The notes under the pieces: model-generated
What the model was told of the DNA's origin: nothing
The model's input: the letters and a program-made list of their open reading frames with translations, nothing else
Database searches by the model: none
Position numbers and translations under genes: made by a program
Shown here: positions 1 to 8,852 of the stretch, piece by piece
Position numbering within the stretch: position 1 is the first letter of the stretch
How the letters are laid out: every line of letters begins with the position of its first letter
Source: Nitrososphaerales archaeon
Lineage (GTDB): Archaea > Thermoproteota > Nitrososphaeria > Conexivisphaerales > UBA164
NCBI GenBank assembly: GCA_023256405.1
Contig: JAGDXK010000010.1
Location: 12,250-54,466 of the forward strand
Direction of reading: 5' to 3'
DNA length: 42,217 nucleotides

Positions 1-1407
1 AGGGGCACCCTGCTTCAGGACGTGGTGTACAGCGAGCTGAAGGAAGGCGGTCAGTGCCTTGTGTTTGCTGAGACGAGAAAGAAGGCCCTTGAGCTTGCGA
101 AGAACCTTTCCACAGTAACTAAGAGATTCTCCCAGGTTCCCCTCGAGCAGTCCTATCCGGAGGAAGAGGAGGACACCTCCATTACAAGGACCCTAAGATC
201 GCTCATCCCGCTTGGGGTAGCATTTCATCATGCTGGACTCCCTGCAAGCTACAGAAGGCTCGTTGAGAACCTCTTCAGGGATAACAGGATCAAGGTCATA
301 TGCAGCACTCCTACGCTTGCGGCGGGGGTAAACCTCCCCGCACGAACCGTGATAATAAATTCGATTTACAGGTTTAACGAGGACAGGAGGGAGCCAATAA
401 AGGTCATGGAGTATAAGCAGATGGCGGGAAGGGCCGGAAGGCCAAAGTACGACAAGATCGGAAAGTGCATACTGCTTGCGCAGGACGAGTACCAGGTGGA
501 CCTCTACCTGGACAGGTACGCAAGAGGAGAGCCGGAGTCCATCTCCTCAAAGCTCCTTCTTAAGGACGTTTCAACCATGGTGCTTGCACTAATCTCAATA
601 CTTGGATATGCTTCATACGAGAAGATCAAGGAGTTCTTCGACAGAACGCTCTACGCAAAGCAGAACGGGCCCCTCGACGTTCCTATAAGGGAGTCGATAG
701 AATTTCTCAGCTCAAACGGATTCATACTTATGGCAAAGAACGGGAAGTACAGGACGTCTCCCCTCGGGGACCTCACTGCAAAGCTGTACGTGTCCCCCCG
801 TACGGCCCTGTCGTTCATAAGGGCCGGGGAGGAGCTGAAGAAATGGGATGATCCTACGCTGCCTATAATCTGCCTGCTGGCATCCTCGGAGGACATGGAT
901 CCAAAGCTTGCCTCAAGAAGAAAAGACGAGGTTGAGCTGTATCAGCTGCTCAGCGTTGAGTACGAGCTTGAGCCGTTCCTAAGCGACGATTGCTCTTCAA
1001 GAACCTTCCTAGCGCTCTATGGATGGGTTAACGAGCAATCAGAACAGGAGCTGCTGGACAGGCTTGGCGTTGAGCCAGGAGACATGTACAGGATGATAGA
1101 GTCCGCCAGATGGATAGTCTACGCGTATTCAAGGCTTGCGAGAATAATAGGAATTAGCTCGGAGTCCTTTGAGCTGCCCATGATAAGAATACAGAAGGGC
1201 GTGAGGAAGGATGTGGCCAGCCTGGCGTCGCTGAGTGGCATCGGGAGAAGGAGGGCCAGGGCGCTCTACGAGGCTGGCTATCATAACCTTCTTGAGCTCT
1301 CACAGGCAAACGATGTGGAAATCGCTTCGAAGGTAAAAGGTTTCAGCCTGGTTCTCGCAAGAAAGGTCATCAGAGAAGCCAGGGAGAAGCTTGGCCTTGA
1401 GACTTAA
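1..1407 (+). CDS. hel308: Hel308/Hjm Ski2-like SF2 DNA helicase, 5'-truncated by the window edge
   Basis: Motifs GVAFHHAGL, STPTLAAGVNLPA and QMAGRAGRPKYD, plus C-terminal GIGRRRARALY (RAR motif in a helix-hairpin-helix). The frame is open from the window start. Confidence 0.93.
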   Translation, partial: RGTLLQDVVYSELKEGGQCLVFAETRKKALELAKNLSTVTKRFSQVPLEQSYPEEEEDTSITRTLRSLIPLGVAFHHAGLPASYRRLVENLFRDNRIKVICSTPTLAAGVNLPARTVIINSIYRFNEDRREPIKVMEYKQMAGRAGRPKYDKIGKCILLAQDEYQVDLYLDRYARGEPESISSKLLLKDVSTMVLALISILGYASYEKIKEFFDRTLYAKQNGPLDVPIRESIEFLSSNGFILMAKNGKYRTSPLGDLTAKLYVSPRTALSFIRAGEELKKWDDPTLPIICLLASSEDMDPKLASRRKDEVELYQLLSVEYELEPFLSDDCSSRTFLALYGWVNEQSEQELLDRLGVEPGDMYRMIESARWIVYAYSRLARIIGISSESFELPMIRIQKGVRKDVASLASLSGIGRRRARALYEAGYHNLLELSQANDVEIASKVKGFSLVLARKVIREAREKLGLET

Positions 1408-2383
1408 AGTGCTTGATGTCAGGGGTGGACTTCAGAGGCTTAAAGCGCTCAAGGGCAGGAGCCTGGATCTTTCTGAGCTGCTTAGTGAGCTCTTTGCAGA
1501 GGAAACCCAGTACATGCTTACGGCCGAAGGCGAAGTCAGGGTCGAGGCGTACGATTTTACAGGAGCCTTCATGCAAGATTTCGTGATGCGCCCTGAGCCA
1601 CAGTTCGGGGAGGTAACGGTCTATTCACAGAACAACATTGAGATGCTGGCTCATGATCTGAGACCTGAAACAGCACAGCTGAGCGACCTTGCAAGCATTA
1701 TGAAGAGCTACGGAAGGATTATCGGGAGGGCCGCCGTGGCCTACTCGGGTGGACTGGACAGCTCAGTTTTGGCTCACGTTCTGCGTGACAGCTCTCCACT
1801 TCTTATTACCGTGGGTTTTGAGCATGGACAGGACATAGAAAATGCGAAGAGCAGTGCAAGGGAGCTTGGTCTGGAGCACCTTGTACATGTAATAAGCCGC
1901 TCTGAGCTCAAGGAAGCCGTCGAGGCAGTTAAGCCCTTCTGTCACACGCCCATGGACATCTCCCTGGCATCGGGATTCTTTATATTTGCAAGGACAGCTA
2001 AGGAGAACGGCTTCGACAGGGCCGTCGTTGGGCAGATGGCAGACGAGCTGTTCGGAGGGTACGCAAGGCACAGGCGGGTCCATCCTGAAATGTTAGGGGG
2101 CCTGCTTCATGAGGACATAAAAAGAGGCATATATGGCCTGAGGAGGGATGCAAGAGCTATCCTTATGGCGGGGGTTGAGCCGCTGTACCCTTATGCCTTC
2201 AGATCATTTTTCCGAAAGGCACAGGGACTTCCTCTAAGTCTGAGACGGGACAAGCTTGGTCTGAGAAGGATCGGGGAGCTGCTTGGAGTTCCTCAGACAA
2301 TTGTTTGGAAGCAAAAGAAGGCGTTTCAGTATGGAAGCGGCATAGAGAGGACGGTCAGGGAGATCATCAGGTCAGGCATCTAG
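1391..2383 (+). CDS. Asparagine synthase C-terminal-like ATP pyrophosphatase without a glutaminase domain
   Basis: PP-loop AYSGGLDSS, GQMADELFGGY, DKLGLR and KKAFQYGSG. The TTG start overlaps hel308 and is uncertain. Confidence 0.75.
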   Translation: MALRLKVLDVRGGLQRLKALKGRSLDLSELLSELFAEETQYMLTAEGEVRVEAYDFTGAFMQDFVMRPEPQFGEVTVYSQNNIEMLAHDLRPETAQLSDLASIMKSYGRIIGRAAVAYSGGLDSSVLAHVLRDSSPLLITVGFEHGQDIENAKSSARELGLEHLVHVISRSELKEAVEAVKPFCHTPMDISLASGFFIFARTAKENGFDRAVVGQMADELFGGYARHRRVHPEMLGGLLHEDIKRGIYGLRRDARAILMAGVEPLYPYAFRSFFRKAQGLPLSLRRDKLGLRRIGELLGVPQTIVWKQKKAFQYGSGIERTVREIIRSGI

Positions 2384-2389
2384 AAAAAC

Positions 2390-2405
2390 GAAAAAGATTA
2401 TAAAG
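2390..2405 (+). promoter_or_regulatory. BRE/TATA promoter of tRNA-iMet
   Basis: GAAAAAGA-TTATAAAG about 25 nt upstream of the tRNA 5' end. Confidence 0.6.
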
Positions 2406-2428
2406 CTCGCATAACATTTAATCTGAGA

Positions 2429-2507
2429 AGCGGGGTGGGGGAGCCAGGTCTACCCCGCCGGGCTCATAACCCGGAGATCGGTGGTTCAAATCCACCCCCC
2501 GCTACCA
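2429..2507 (+). tRNA. tRNA-Met(CAT), initiator type, CCA encoded, no intron
   Basis: Acceptor AGCGGGG/CCCCGCT (A1-U72), anticodon arm CCGGG-CTCATAA-CCCGG with three G-C pairs, T arm GGTGG-TTCAAAT-CCACC, 3' ACCA. Confidence 0.96.
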
Positions 2508-2558
2508 CTTGTTAACAGCACATACAATGCGTTAAAGGGATCTTTCTAAGGAAAACAG

Positions 2559-3323
2559 CTATTCAACAACTTTCTGATCCTCTTCAACCTCTTCGTACCA
2601 TTTCTTGCTCTCTCCTATAGCGGCTCTTATCTTCCAGCTCATGCTCTTTGGTCTCTCCTCGATCTCCTTAAGCATAGCCCTGAGCCTTTCCTCAACACTC
2701 GCCCGCTCATCGTCCCTGAGCCCCAGGTTCCCCAAGTACTCGAGCGTTTTGTTGATGTTAATTGTGAAGGTCTTGTAAACGCCCCAATCGGTGGAGGTGA
2801 CCTTTGCAAGGTAATCCAGTTCAATGTTTTTGCACGGATCCTTTCCAAACTCATGATCGAGAACCAGAGCAACTATGTCCTTCAGGTCCTTTTCGTTTAT
2901 CTTCACTATCTGAAGCTTTGTAAACAGCAGATCGGTAATGGGCAGATGCCTGTCGCAAAGCCCTATCCTCTGTTTGAAGTCAAACTTGTGGGCCATCTCA
3001 AATACATCCAGAAACACGTCAACTCTCCTCATATTTTCAAAGTCATTGAAGATTAGCCTTTTATAGCCATAAAGCGCGTTGAACCTCTCCCGAGGCTTGT
3101 AGCCCAGGTCCCTGAACAGAGCGGAAATCTCCCTTGACTGCCTGCTGTATCCGATGAGGTCTATGTCACCATAGGCTCTGGATAACGGCCCCTCCTTAGC
3201 TGATGGGCAGGCATACCATATTGCCATGCCCCCGAGAAGCCTTAGAACGACGCCCCTCCTGTCAGCCTCCTTAAGGATTCTTTCAGCCTCCTCCCTGACG
3301 TCCTTCAGAGGCATCCCCATCAC
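2559..3323 (-). CDS. Uncharacterised Pol-beta-like nucleotidyltransferase family protein
   Basis: LRLLGGMAI...YGDIDL (GG plus DxD signature), third acidic residue in RVDVF, and C-terminal TKLQ...KDLKD. Overlaps the upstream gene by 4 nt. Confidence 0.7.
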   Translation of the reverse strand: MMGMPLKDVREEAERILKEADRRGVVLRLLGGMAIWYACPSAKEGPLSRAYGDIDLIGYSRQSREISALFRDLGYKPRERFNALYGYKRLIFNDFENMRRVDVFLDVFEMAHKFDFKQRIGLCDRHLPITDLLFTKLQIVKINEKDLKDIVALVLDHEFGKDPCKNIELDYLAKVTSTDWGVYKTFTININKTLEYLGNLGLRDDERASVEERLRAMLKEIEERPKSMSWKIRAAIGESKKWYEEVEEDQKVVE

Positions 3324-4270
3324 CCCGTCGTGAGCATATAGCTCTTCAGCTTGCCATCCTCGAGATTTATCACAGCACCTCTAAGTATTCCGTAGGGGTA
3401 GTCGCTCCCAGGATTTATTATAAGCGTCCTTCCTAAGTACTTGGCCCCCCGAGATTCATGAACATGCCCATGGAGCCCAAGCAACGGCTGATACTTTTCA
3501 ATAAGCTTTCTTACAGAAACGCTTCCGACTGGCACCATTACAACGGTACCAGGGAGGGTCACCGGCCTGAGGTTTTCATCAACCTTGGGGGCCATATCAA
3601 GCCCAGTGTTATACGGCGGGGGATGTATGTTGAAGATGGCGGACTGCATGTTTCTGACCTTGCTGGCCATTTCCTCTATCTTTTTCTCCAGCTCCTCCTC
3701 TGGAATATCGCGCGGCGCGTGCCACGGGGTCATGTTCGCATACCCAGTGCTTATCATCTCATAGCCGTCCAGCTCAACGACCTTTCCCTCCGGATGTATG
3801 ACAAAATCTGAGGACTCCAAAACCTCATCCAGCTCCAGAGCATCATCGTTTCCAGCGTTTATGATGACCTTTACACCGGTTCCTTTCAGCCTCTCCTCGG
3901 CCAGCCTCAGCCACTGTTCCAGCCTCTCCCTCATGAGCTTGAGGAAGACCTCGTTCAGCTTCTCCTTGTTAGTTAAGAGTTCCTCGTGCTCCTTCAGCGT
4001 TAGCTTCAGCGGGTAATAGCCGGAATCGGAAATCTCCTTTATCAGGCTTTCCTCCTGCTCCTTGTTCTTTATTTCAACCTTCTGTCCCAGGTAGTCTGCA
4101 AATTCGGTGCCATCATCTCTGACGAGTATAGGCACGATTGCCTTTCCGGTAAGATCGCCCCCAATTATCAGCACGTTGGCGCCGTACACCTTGGCAGCGT
4201 TTATGAACTTTCTGAAACACTTATCGCTACCGTGAAGATCCGTGGCAAAGAACACCCTTAATTTACCCAT
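3320..4270 (-). CDS. Calcineurin-like (Icc-related) metallophosphoesterase
   Basis: Motifs TDLHGS, GGDLTG, GNDD, HPPP and HGHVHE, plus INPGS. SD-like AGGTTGA upstream. Confidence 0.88.
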   Translation of the reverse strand: MGKLRVFFATDLHGSDKCFRKFINAAKVYGANVLIIGGDLTGKAIVPILVRDDGTEFADYLGQKVEIKNKEQEESLIKEISDSGYYPLKLTLKEHEELLTNKEKLNEVFLKLMRERLEQWLRLAEERLKGTGVKVIINAGNDDALELDEVLESSDFVIHPEGKVVELDGYEMISTGYANMTPWHAPRDIPEEELEKKIEEMASKVRNMQSAIFNIHPPPYNTGLDMAPKVDENLRPVTLPGTVVMVPVGSVSVRKLIEKYQPLLGLHGHVHESRGAKYLGRTLIINPGSDYPYGILRGAVINLEDGKLKSYMLTTG

Positions 4271-4473
4271 TATTCAACCTACTATGGGCCACGGCAAATA
4301 TAAGCGTTTATCAAAAGTGCAAAAGAAGGGCAACATAGAACTTCTGTTGCTAAAATTTTTAACGACAAACGCAGCTTTTTATGTTTAAAATGATTAAATC
4401 CACAAAATATTAACTAAAAGTAAAGGTTGGAAAACAAAAAGTTAATATGATGGTTTGCATTATATTTTGTAAA

Positions 4474-6030
4474 TTGGCTGAAAAGCCAGGAGTCTTTCTC
4501 AGGAACGCCACAGGCCTGGTCAGAACCATATCTCCAACGAACATATTTCTGATAAACCTGGGAGAGATCGGCTTCGGAACGGCGCTGATAACACTGAACG
4601 AGGCCGACAGCTTCTTCCCCAACGGGAACCCCGGGGGATACGTGACCCTCGCTATACTTCTTATGACCGTAGTTGTGCTGTTTGAGGCGTATATCTATTA
4701 TTACATCGTAAGAACTGTTGGAAGGACTGCAGGGGACTACGTCTGGGTCAGCAGAAACCTTGGACCCGTTCTGGGAGGCCTTCTTGTATTCGGTTTTACA
4801 TTCACCGGGTTCCCATTCATCGCGATAGTCCTCAACTGGATGATCACCCTCTCGCTGGCGCCATCTATATCTACAATAGCGGTGGTTACGGGCTCTTCAT
4901 CGCTCCTCTCAACGGCATCTTTCATGACCTCAACCGGGTTCCTCATAGCGTTCTCATTCATCATGCTTGCCATACTCATACTTATAGACACGTTCTATCC
5001 TAAGTATGGGTTCGTCCTTCTGGGCGCGATAGTTCTGGTTGCCCTCATAGGGACGTTCATGATGGTCATACCTTATCTGGCGCTTGGTCCCTCAGGAACA
5101 ATAAGCTCCATCAACTCTTTCCTGGCATCATACAACTCCTCCTACTACTCAGTGGCCTCACAGTATCATGGGCCTACTGTATCCTGGCCAGCCGTCCTTC
5201 TCCTGTTGCCCTACACGGCTTACGCTCTTCCGTGGATAAACAATGCGGCCGACTTTTCAGGAGAGCTTAAGAACTTAAAAAGGGCTGCGTGGACCGGCAC
5301 CCTCCTTGCAGCGTCCTTCAGCGGCATAGCCCTCGCCATATTCCAGCAGATATATTACAACACAGTTGGATTCAACTTTGCAACACAGGCGATGATGTCA
5401 TGGCCCTCCTCCCTCTTCAACATGGGCGTAGTTCCCAACATGCTTACGATAGCAACCATACTCTTCAGGAGCAACCCCGCATATATCTGGATAATGAACA
5501 TAACCTTCTCCTTCTGGTATCTGGCCGCCGTTCAGCAAACGATCCTTTCCATATCAAGGTACGTTTTCGGCATGAGCTTTGACCGTCTGCTGCCTTCCTG
5601 GTTCGCGGGAGTAAGCGAGAGGTTCCACTCTCCTGTCAACTCTCTCCTTCTAACAGGGATAATCGGAGCTGTAATGATAATCATAGTTTCGTTTACTAAC
5701 TGGTTATACCTGTACTCCACTACCGCCCTTGGAATGGTCTTCTTTGCCTTTGTTGGTATAACAGCTATAGTCCACGGAATAAGAAAGAGGGACGAAGCTG
5801 GGCCTCACGCGGTACCGCTTATAATAGCCGGTATAGTCGATGCGGCCGGCTTCCTATACCTGTCATACCAGTTCCTGTTTCTACCATATTATGGAATAAA
5901 TGCTCTGTCCTGGGGCCTTATGATATTCTTCTGGGTGCTAGGCGCGCTGCTCTACCCGATATCCAGGAGCTACTTTGCAAGGAAAGGGCTGGACATAAGC
6001 CTGATTTTCAAGGAGCTGCCTCCCGAGTAA
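4474..6030 (+). CDS. APC-family amino acid permease
   Basis: N-terminal FLRNATGLVR, AGDYVWVSR, SRYVFGMSFDRLLP, C-terminal FKELPPE, about 12 hydrophobic segments. Probable TTG start at 4474 after a TATA-like GTTAATAT; the ORF track starts at 4447. Confidence 0.88.
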   Translation: MAEKPGVFLRNATGLVRTISPTNIFLINLGEIGFGTALITLNEADSFFPNGNPGGYVTLAILLMTVVVLFEAYIYYYIVRTVGRTAGDYVWVSRNLGPVLGGLLVFGFTFTGFPFIAIVLNWMITLSLAPSISTIAVVTGSSSLLSTASFMTSTGFLIAFSFIMLAILILIDTFYPKYGFVLLGAIVLVALIGTFMMVIPYLALGPSGTISSINSFLASYNSSYYSVASQYHGPTVSWPAVLLLLPYTAYALPWINNAADFSGELKNLKRAAWTGTLLAASFSGIALAIFQQIYYNTVGFNFATQAMMSWPSSLFNMGVVPNMLTIATILFRSNPAYIWIMNITFSFWYLAAVQQTILSISRYVFGMSFDRLLPSWFAGVSERFHSPVNSLLLTGIIGAVMIIIVSFTNWLYLYSTTALGMVFFAFVGITAIVHGIRKRDEAGPHAVPLIIAGIVDAAGFLYLSYQFLFLPYYGINALSWGLMIFFWVLGALLYPISRSYFARKGLDISLIFKELPPE

Positions 6031-6083
6031 CCGAGTAGTATAGCTATTTTATTTTTTAGAGTAATTCAGAGTAAAAAATTGAG

Positions 6084-7211
6084 CTATAACCCGTAGGAAT
6101 CGAAGACCTCGTTAACGGCCTTTACAGCCCTCGTGATATCGGCCTCTATGCCCGAATTGTTAAGCGCTGCCCCTAGGGCCGCGATGCCCTCCGCCACGAA
6201 CGCTCTCTGCGCAGTATAGCCCATGTGACCAATTCTTATCAGCTTGTCTCTCAAGGGGCCCCAGGATCCCGCAAGCATAACGCCAAGTCTTCTCCAGGTA
6301 AAGTTAAGGACGTCCTCAGGCTTTACGGGTGAGTACACAGCAGTTACGGTGGGCGCCGAGTACCGCTCGTCCTTGACGAAGAGCTTAAGGCCCAGCGCCT
6401 TAATTCCCTCAACTGCAGCTTTGCTTGCAGCCTCGTGTCTTCTGTAAACTCGCTCAAGGCCCTCCTGCATCATGAGCCTAAGCGATTTATGAAGTGCCAG
6501 TATATCGTTTGCAGCTGGCGTGTACGGGAACATGCCCTGTGCCAGATTTTCGTCCCATACCTTTACGCTCATGTAGTAGCCTCTGTAATTGGTCCTTTCA
6601 ATAACCTCCTTCGCTTTCTTTGAGACCGCGACAATTGCAAGCCCAGGAGGGGAGCTGAAAGCCTTCTGACTGGCCATAAGGCATATGTCCACCCCCAGCT
6701 CTTCGCAGTTAACCTTAACGCCACCAACGGCTGACACGGCGTCAACTATAAAGAGCGGGCCCCTGTCCCTTATCTTCTCCGAAACAGCGGCAATGTCGTT
6801 TATCAGGCCTGAGGGGGTTTCCACGTAAACAAACGTTACAGCCTTGTATTTTTCCACGTCCTCTATCAGCTCAGCGTTAAAAGGCTCATCGTACGGTGAG
6901 TTTAGCACATCGACAGATGCCCCGTACCTTCTGGCCAGATCGGCAAACGATTCACCAAACACGCCGTTTGATAAGGCAAGGACCCTGTCACCCGGGGCTA
7001 TGGTGTTGGCTATCGCTGCCTCAAGCCCAAGCATTCCCTCGCCGCTCATTATGTAAACATCACTGCTCATTCCTATTATGTTCCTTATCATGTCAGCCGT
7101 CTCCCTGTACGTTCTGAAGAACTCTTCATCAAGATCCGGGTTTACCGATCTGAGCATCTCCTTAAGCACCTCATAGTTCATCTCGGTTGGTCCCGGCGTC
7201 AGGATCGTCAT
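6084..7211 (-). CDS. Class V PLP aminotransferase (alanine-glyoxylate/serine-pyruvate family)
   Basis: TPGPT, VETPSG, VDAVS, ASQKAFSSPPG (PLP lysine) and IRIGHMG. Confidence 0.9.
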   Translation of the reverse strand: MTILTPGPTEMNYEVLKEMLRSVNPDLDEEFFRTYRETADMIRNIIGMSSDVYIMSGEGMLGLEAAIANTIAPGDRVLALSNGVFGESFADLARRYGASVDVLNSPYDEPFNAELIEDVEKYKAVTFVYVETPSGLINDIAAVSEKIRDRGPLFIVDAVSAVGGVKVNCEELGVDICLMASQKAFSSPPGLAIVAVSKKAKEVIERTNYRGYYMSVKVWDENLAQGMFPYTPAANDILALHKSLRLMMQEGLERVYRRHEAASKAAVEGIKALGLKLFVKDERYSAPTVTAVYSPVKPEDVLNFTWRRLGVMLAGSWGPLRDKLIRIGHMGYTAQRAFVAEGIAALGAALNNSGIEADITRAVKAVNEVFDSYGL

Positions 7212-8689
7212 CCTCTGATCACCTCCGTCTCCTCCATCATCCTTATGGCCTCCTCAAAATAAAATCCACGCTTTTTCTTAGCCCACATGTCCCTGAGGAC
7301 GTAATACAATGCCGCCGCTCCAGTCACTCCAGCAACGACCTCAGCCGATATTCCTGAAGTAAATCCGAGCTGAGGATATGCGATGTAGAGATATGCAATG
7401 AAAGAATTCAGCAGAAGACCTGTCAAGCTTGCTCCGATGATTACGCGCGATCTCCTTTTAACACCCAGAATCACTCCGGCAAGCATCGTGAAAATCCATG
7501 TTATCTGGGTTGCAAAAACCACCGACACAAAATAAGGTCCAATTGCAGGAACAAAAACTATGAGATATAGCCATATAAGGGACAGGGCAAGCCCGAATAC
7601 AGCAGCCGGCACAGGAGACCTGGTCCTGTCGCTGACGACCGATAGAGAGGACGGCAGGATCCCGTCAAGAGCCTGCGATAGCACGATCCTTGAGGCACCT
7701 ATCATTATAGCTATTATGACCTGAAACATCGAGGCTATAGCTCCCATGGATAGAAGCAGAAAAAGTATGGGGTTTGGCCTCAGGAAGATCATCATTGCAG
7801 TATAGTAGGGACCTTCAATGTAGCTGTAAATACCGCTCATGTTGCCCGAGTACCAGTCCTTTGAGATCCTGCTTATGTATGCATAGCCAAGGCTTGCCTT
7901 CAGCCCCTCCCAGAGGGCGATGACGAACATTACATTAAGCAAGGCAGCAGCTGACATGGCAATAAAGTACTTTCTGCTTCTGACCTCCATTATCTCCTCG
8001 TTGTTCATCACAGACCACATACCATAACCAAGAGCACCCCAGCCAAGGGACCAGGTACCAATCGTCTCCCACAGGGACCTGTATGAGGTCGGAAAGCCGA
8101 TTGTCACCGCATACCTTATATGTGAAAACGTTATCAGAAGCCCGGAAATTCCGCCCAGCACCATGAGCGCAAATAGGGCCTTCTGGGCCTTCACGTACAG
8201 ATCCAGGCCCTTCACAACTATCACGAACGCCAGAACGAACAGAATTACGGTTAAGCCAAAAACAGAATATGGAGATGAAATAACATCGATCAGATACGTG
8301 CTTCCGTTCAAGTAGTAAATCGCAGGGATCAGAACAACATCAACGATATAGTATCCGAACCACGCAAGGAAGAAGAACTGCCATAGGACCCATCCGGTAA
8401 AGGTCGTGACGAATCCTACCCCAGGATTTATGAGTCTGCTCTGGAACACATAGTCTCCCCCAGCAAGAGGCATCTCTCTGCTCAGAATGTAATAGCTGTA
8501 GAAGAAGGGGATCGAAACCGCTAGCATTAACAGAGTTCCAACGAGAACGCTTCCTTCCGGAAAGGCCACAGGCTGAAAAGCATAGAGCAGAAACCACATC
8601 ATAGAAAAGAAGGATATAGTAAGCGAATTATACATAAAAACGTCAGAAAGCTTCATGGATTTTCTGAGGCCAGAGGCCTTTCTTTCCAT
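7208..8689 (-). CDS. APC-family amino acid permease
   Basis: RKASGLRK, MPLAGGDYVFQSR, SRIVLSQALDGILP, multiple TM helices. Overlaps the aminotransferase start by 4 nt (operon). Confidence 0.85.
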   Translation of the reverse strand: MERKASGLRKSMKLSDVFMYNSLTISFFSMMWFLLYAFQPVAFPEGSVLVGTLLMLAVSIPFFYSYYILSREMPLAGGDYVFQSRLINPGVGFVTTFTGWVLWQFFFLAWFGYYIVDVVLIPAIYYLNGSTYLIDVISSPYSVFGLTVILFVLAFVIVVKGLDLYVKAQKALFALMVLGGISGLLITFSHIRYAVTIGFPTSYRSLWETIGTWSLGWGALGYGMWSVMNNEEIMEVRSRKYFIAMSAAALLNVMFVIALWEGLKASLGYAYISRISKDWYSGNMSGIYSYIEGPYYTAMMIFLRPNPILFLLLSMGAIASMFQVIIAIMIGASRIVLSQALDGILPSSLSVVSDRTRSPVPAAVFGLALSLIWLYLIVFVPAIGPYFVSVVFATQITWIFTMLAGVILGVKRRSRVIIGASLTGLLLNSFIAYLYIAYPQLGFTSGISAEVVAGVTGAAALYYVLRDMWAKKKRGFYFEEAIRMMEETEVIRG

Positions 8690-8852
8690 AAATTAGGTCT
8701 TAGAGCTGCTATATATAAAAAATCGTTTATATATAAATTATAAGTTATGCATAAAAATCGCTAGTTATCTGTTTAATTATTTCGTAATCATACCTCCTGA
8801 CTTCGTATTCGTTGAAAAAAGTTTAATAAAGTCAGGTTTTTAAATCGGTGCA

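Noticed and set aside
2527..2539. 13-bp match ATGCGTTAAAGGG with the reverse complement at 28105-28117, with a similar word at 28965
   Set aside because: Short, with no shared context, and one copy lies in coding sequence. Plausibly chance.
8710..8735. Inverted repeat TATATATAAA-N6-TTTATATATA
   Set aside because: Low complexity and explained by TATA elements in a divergent promoter
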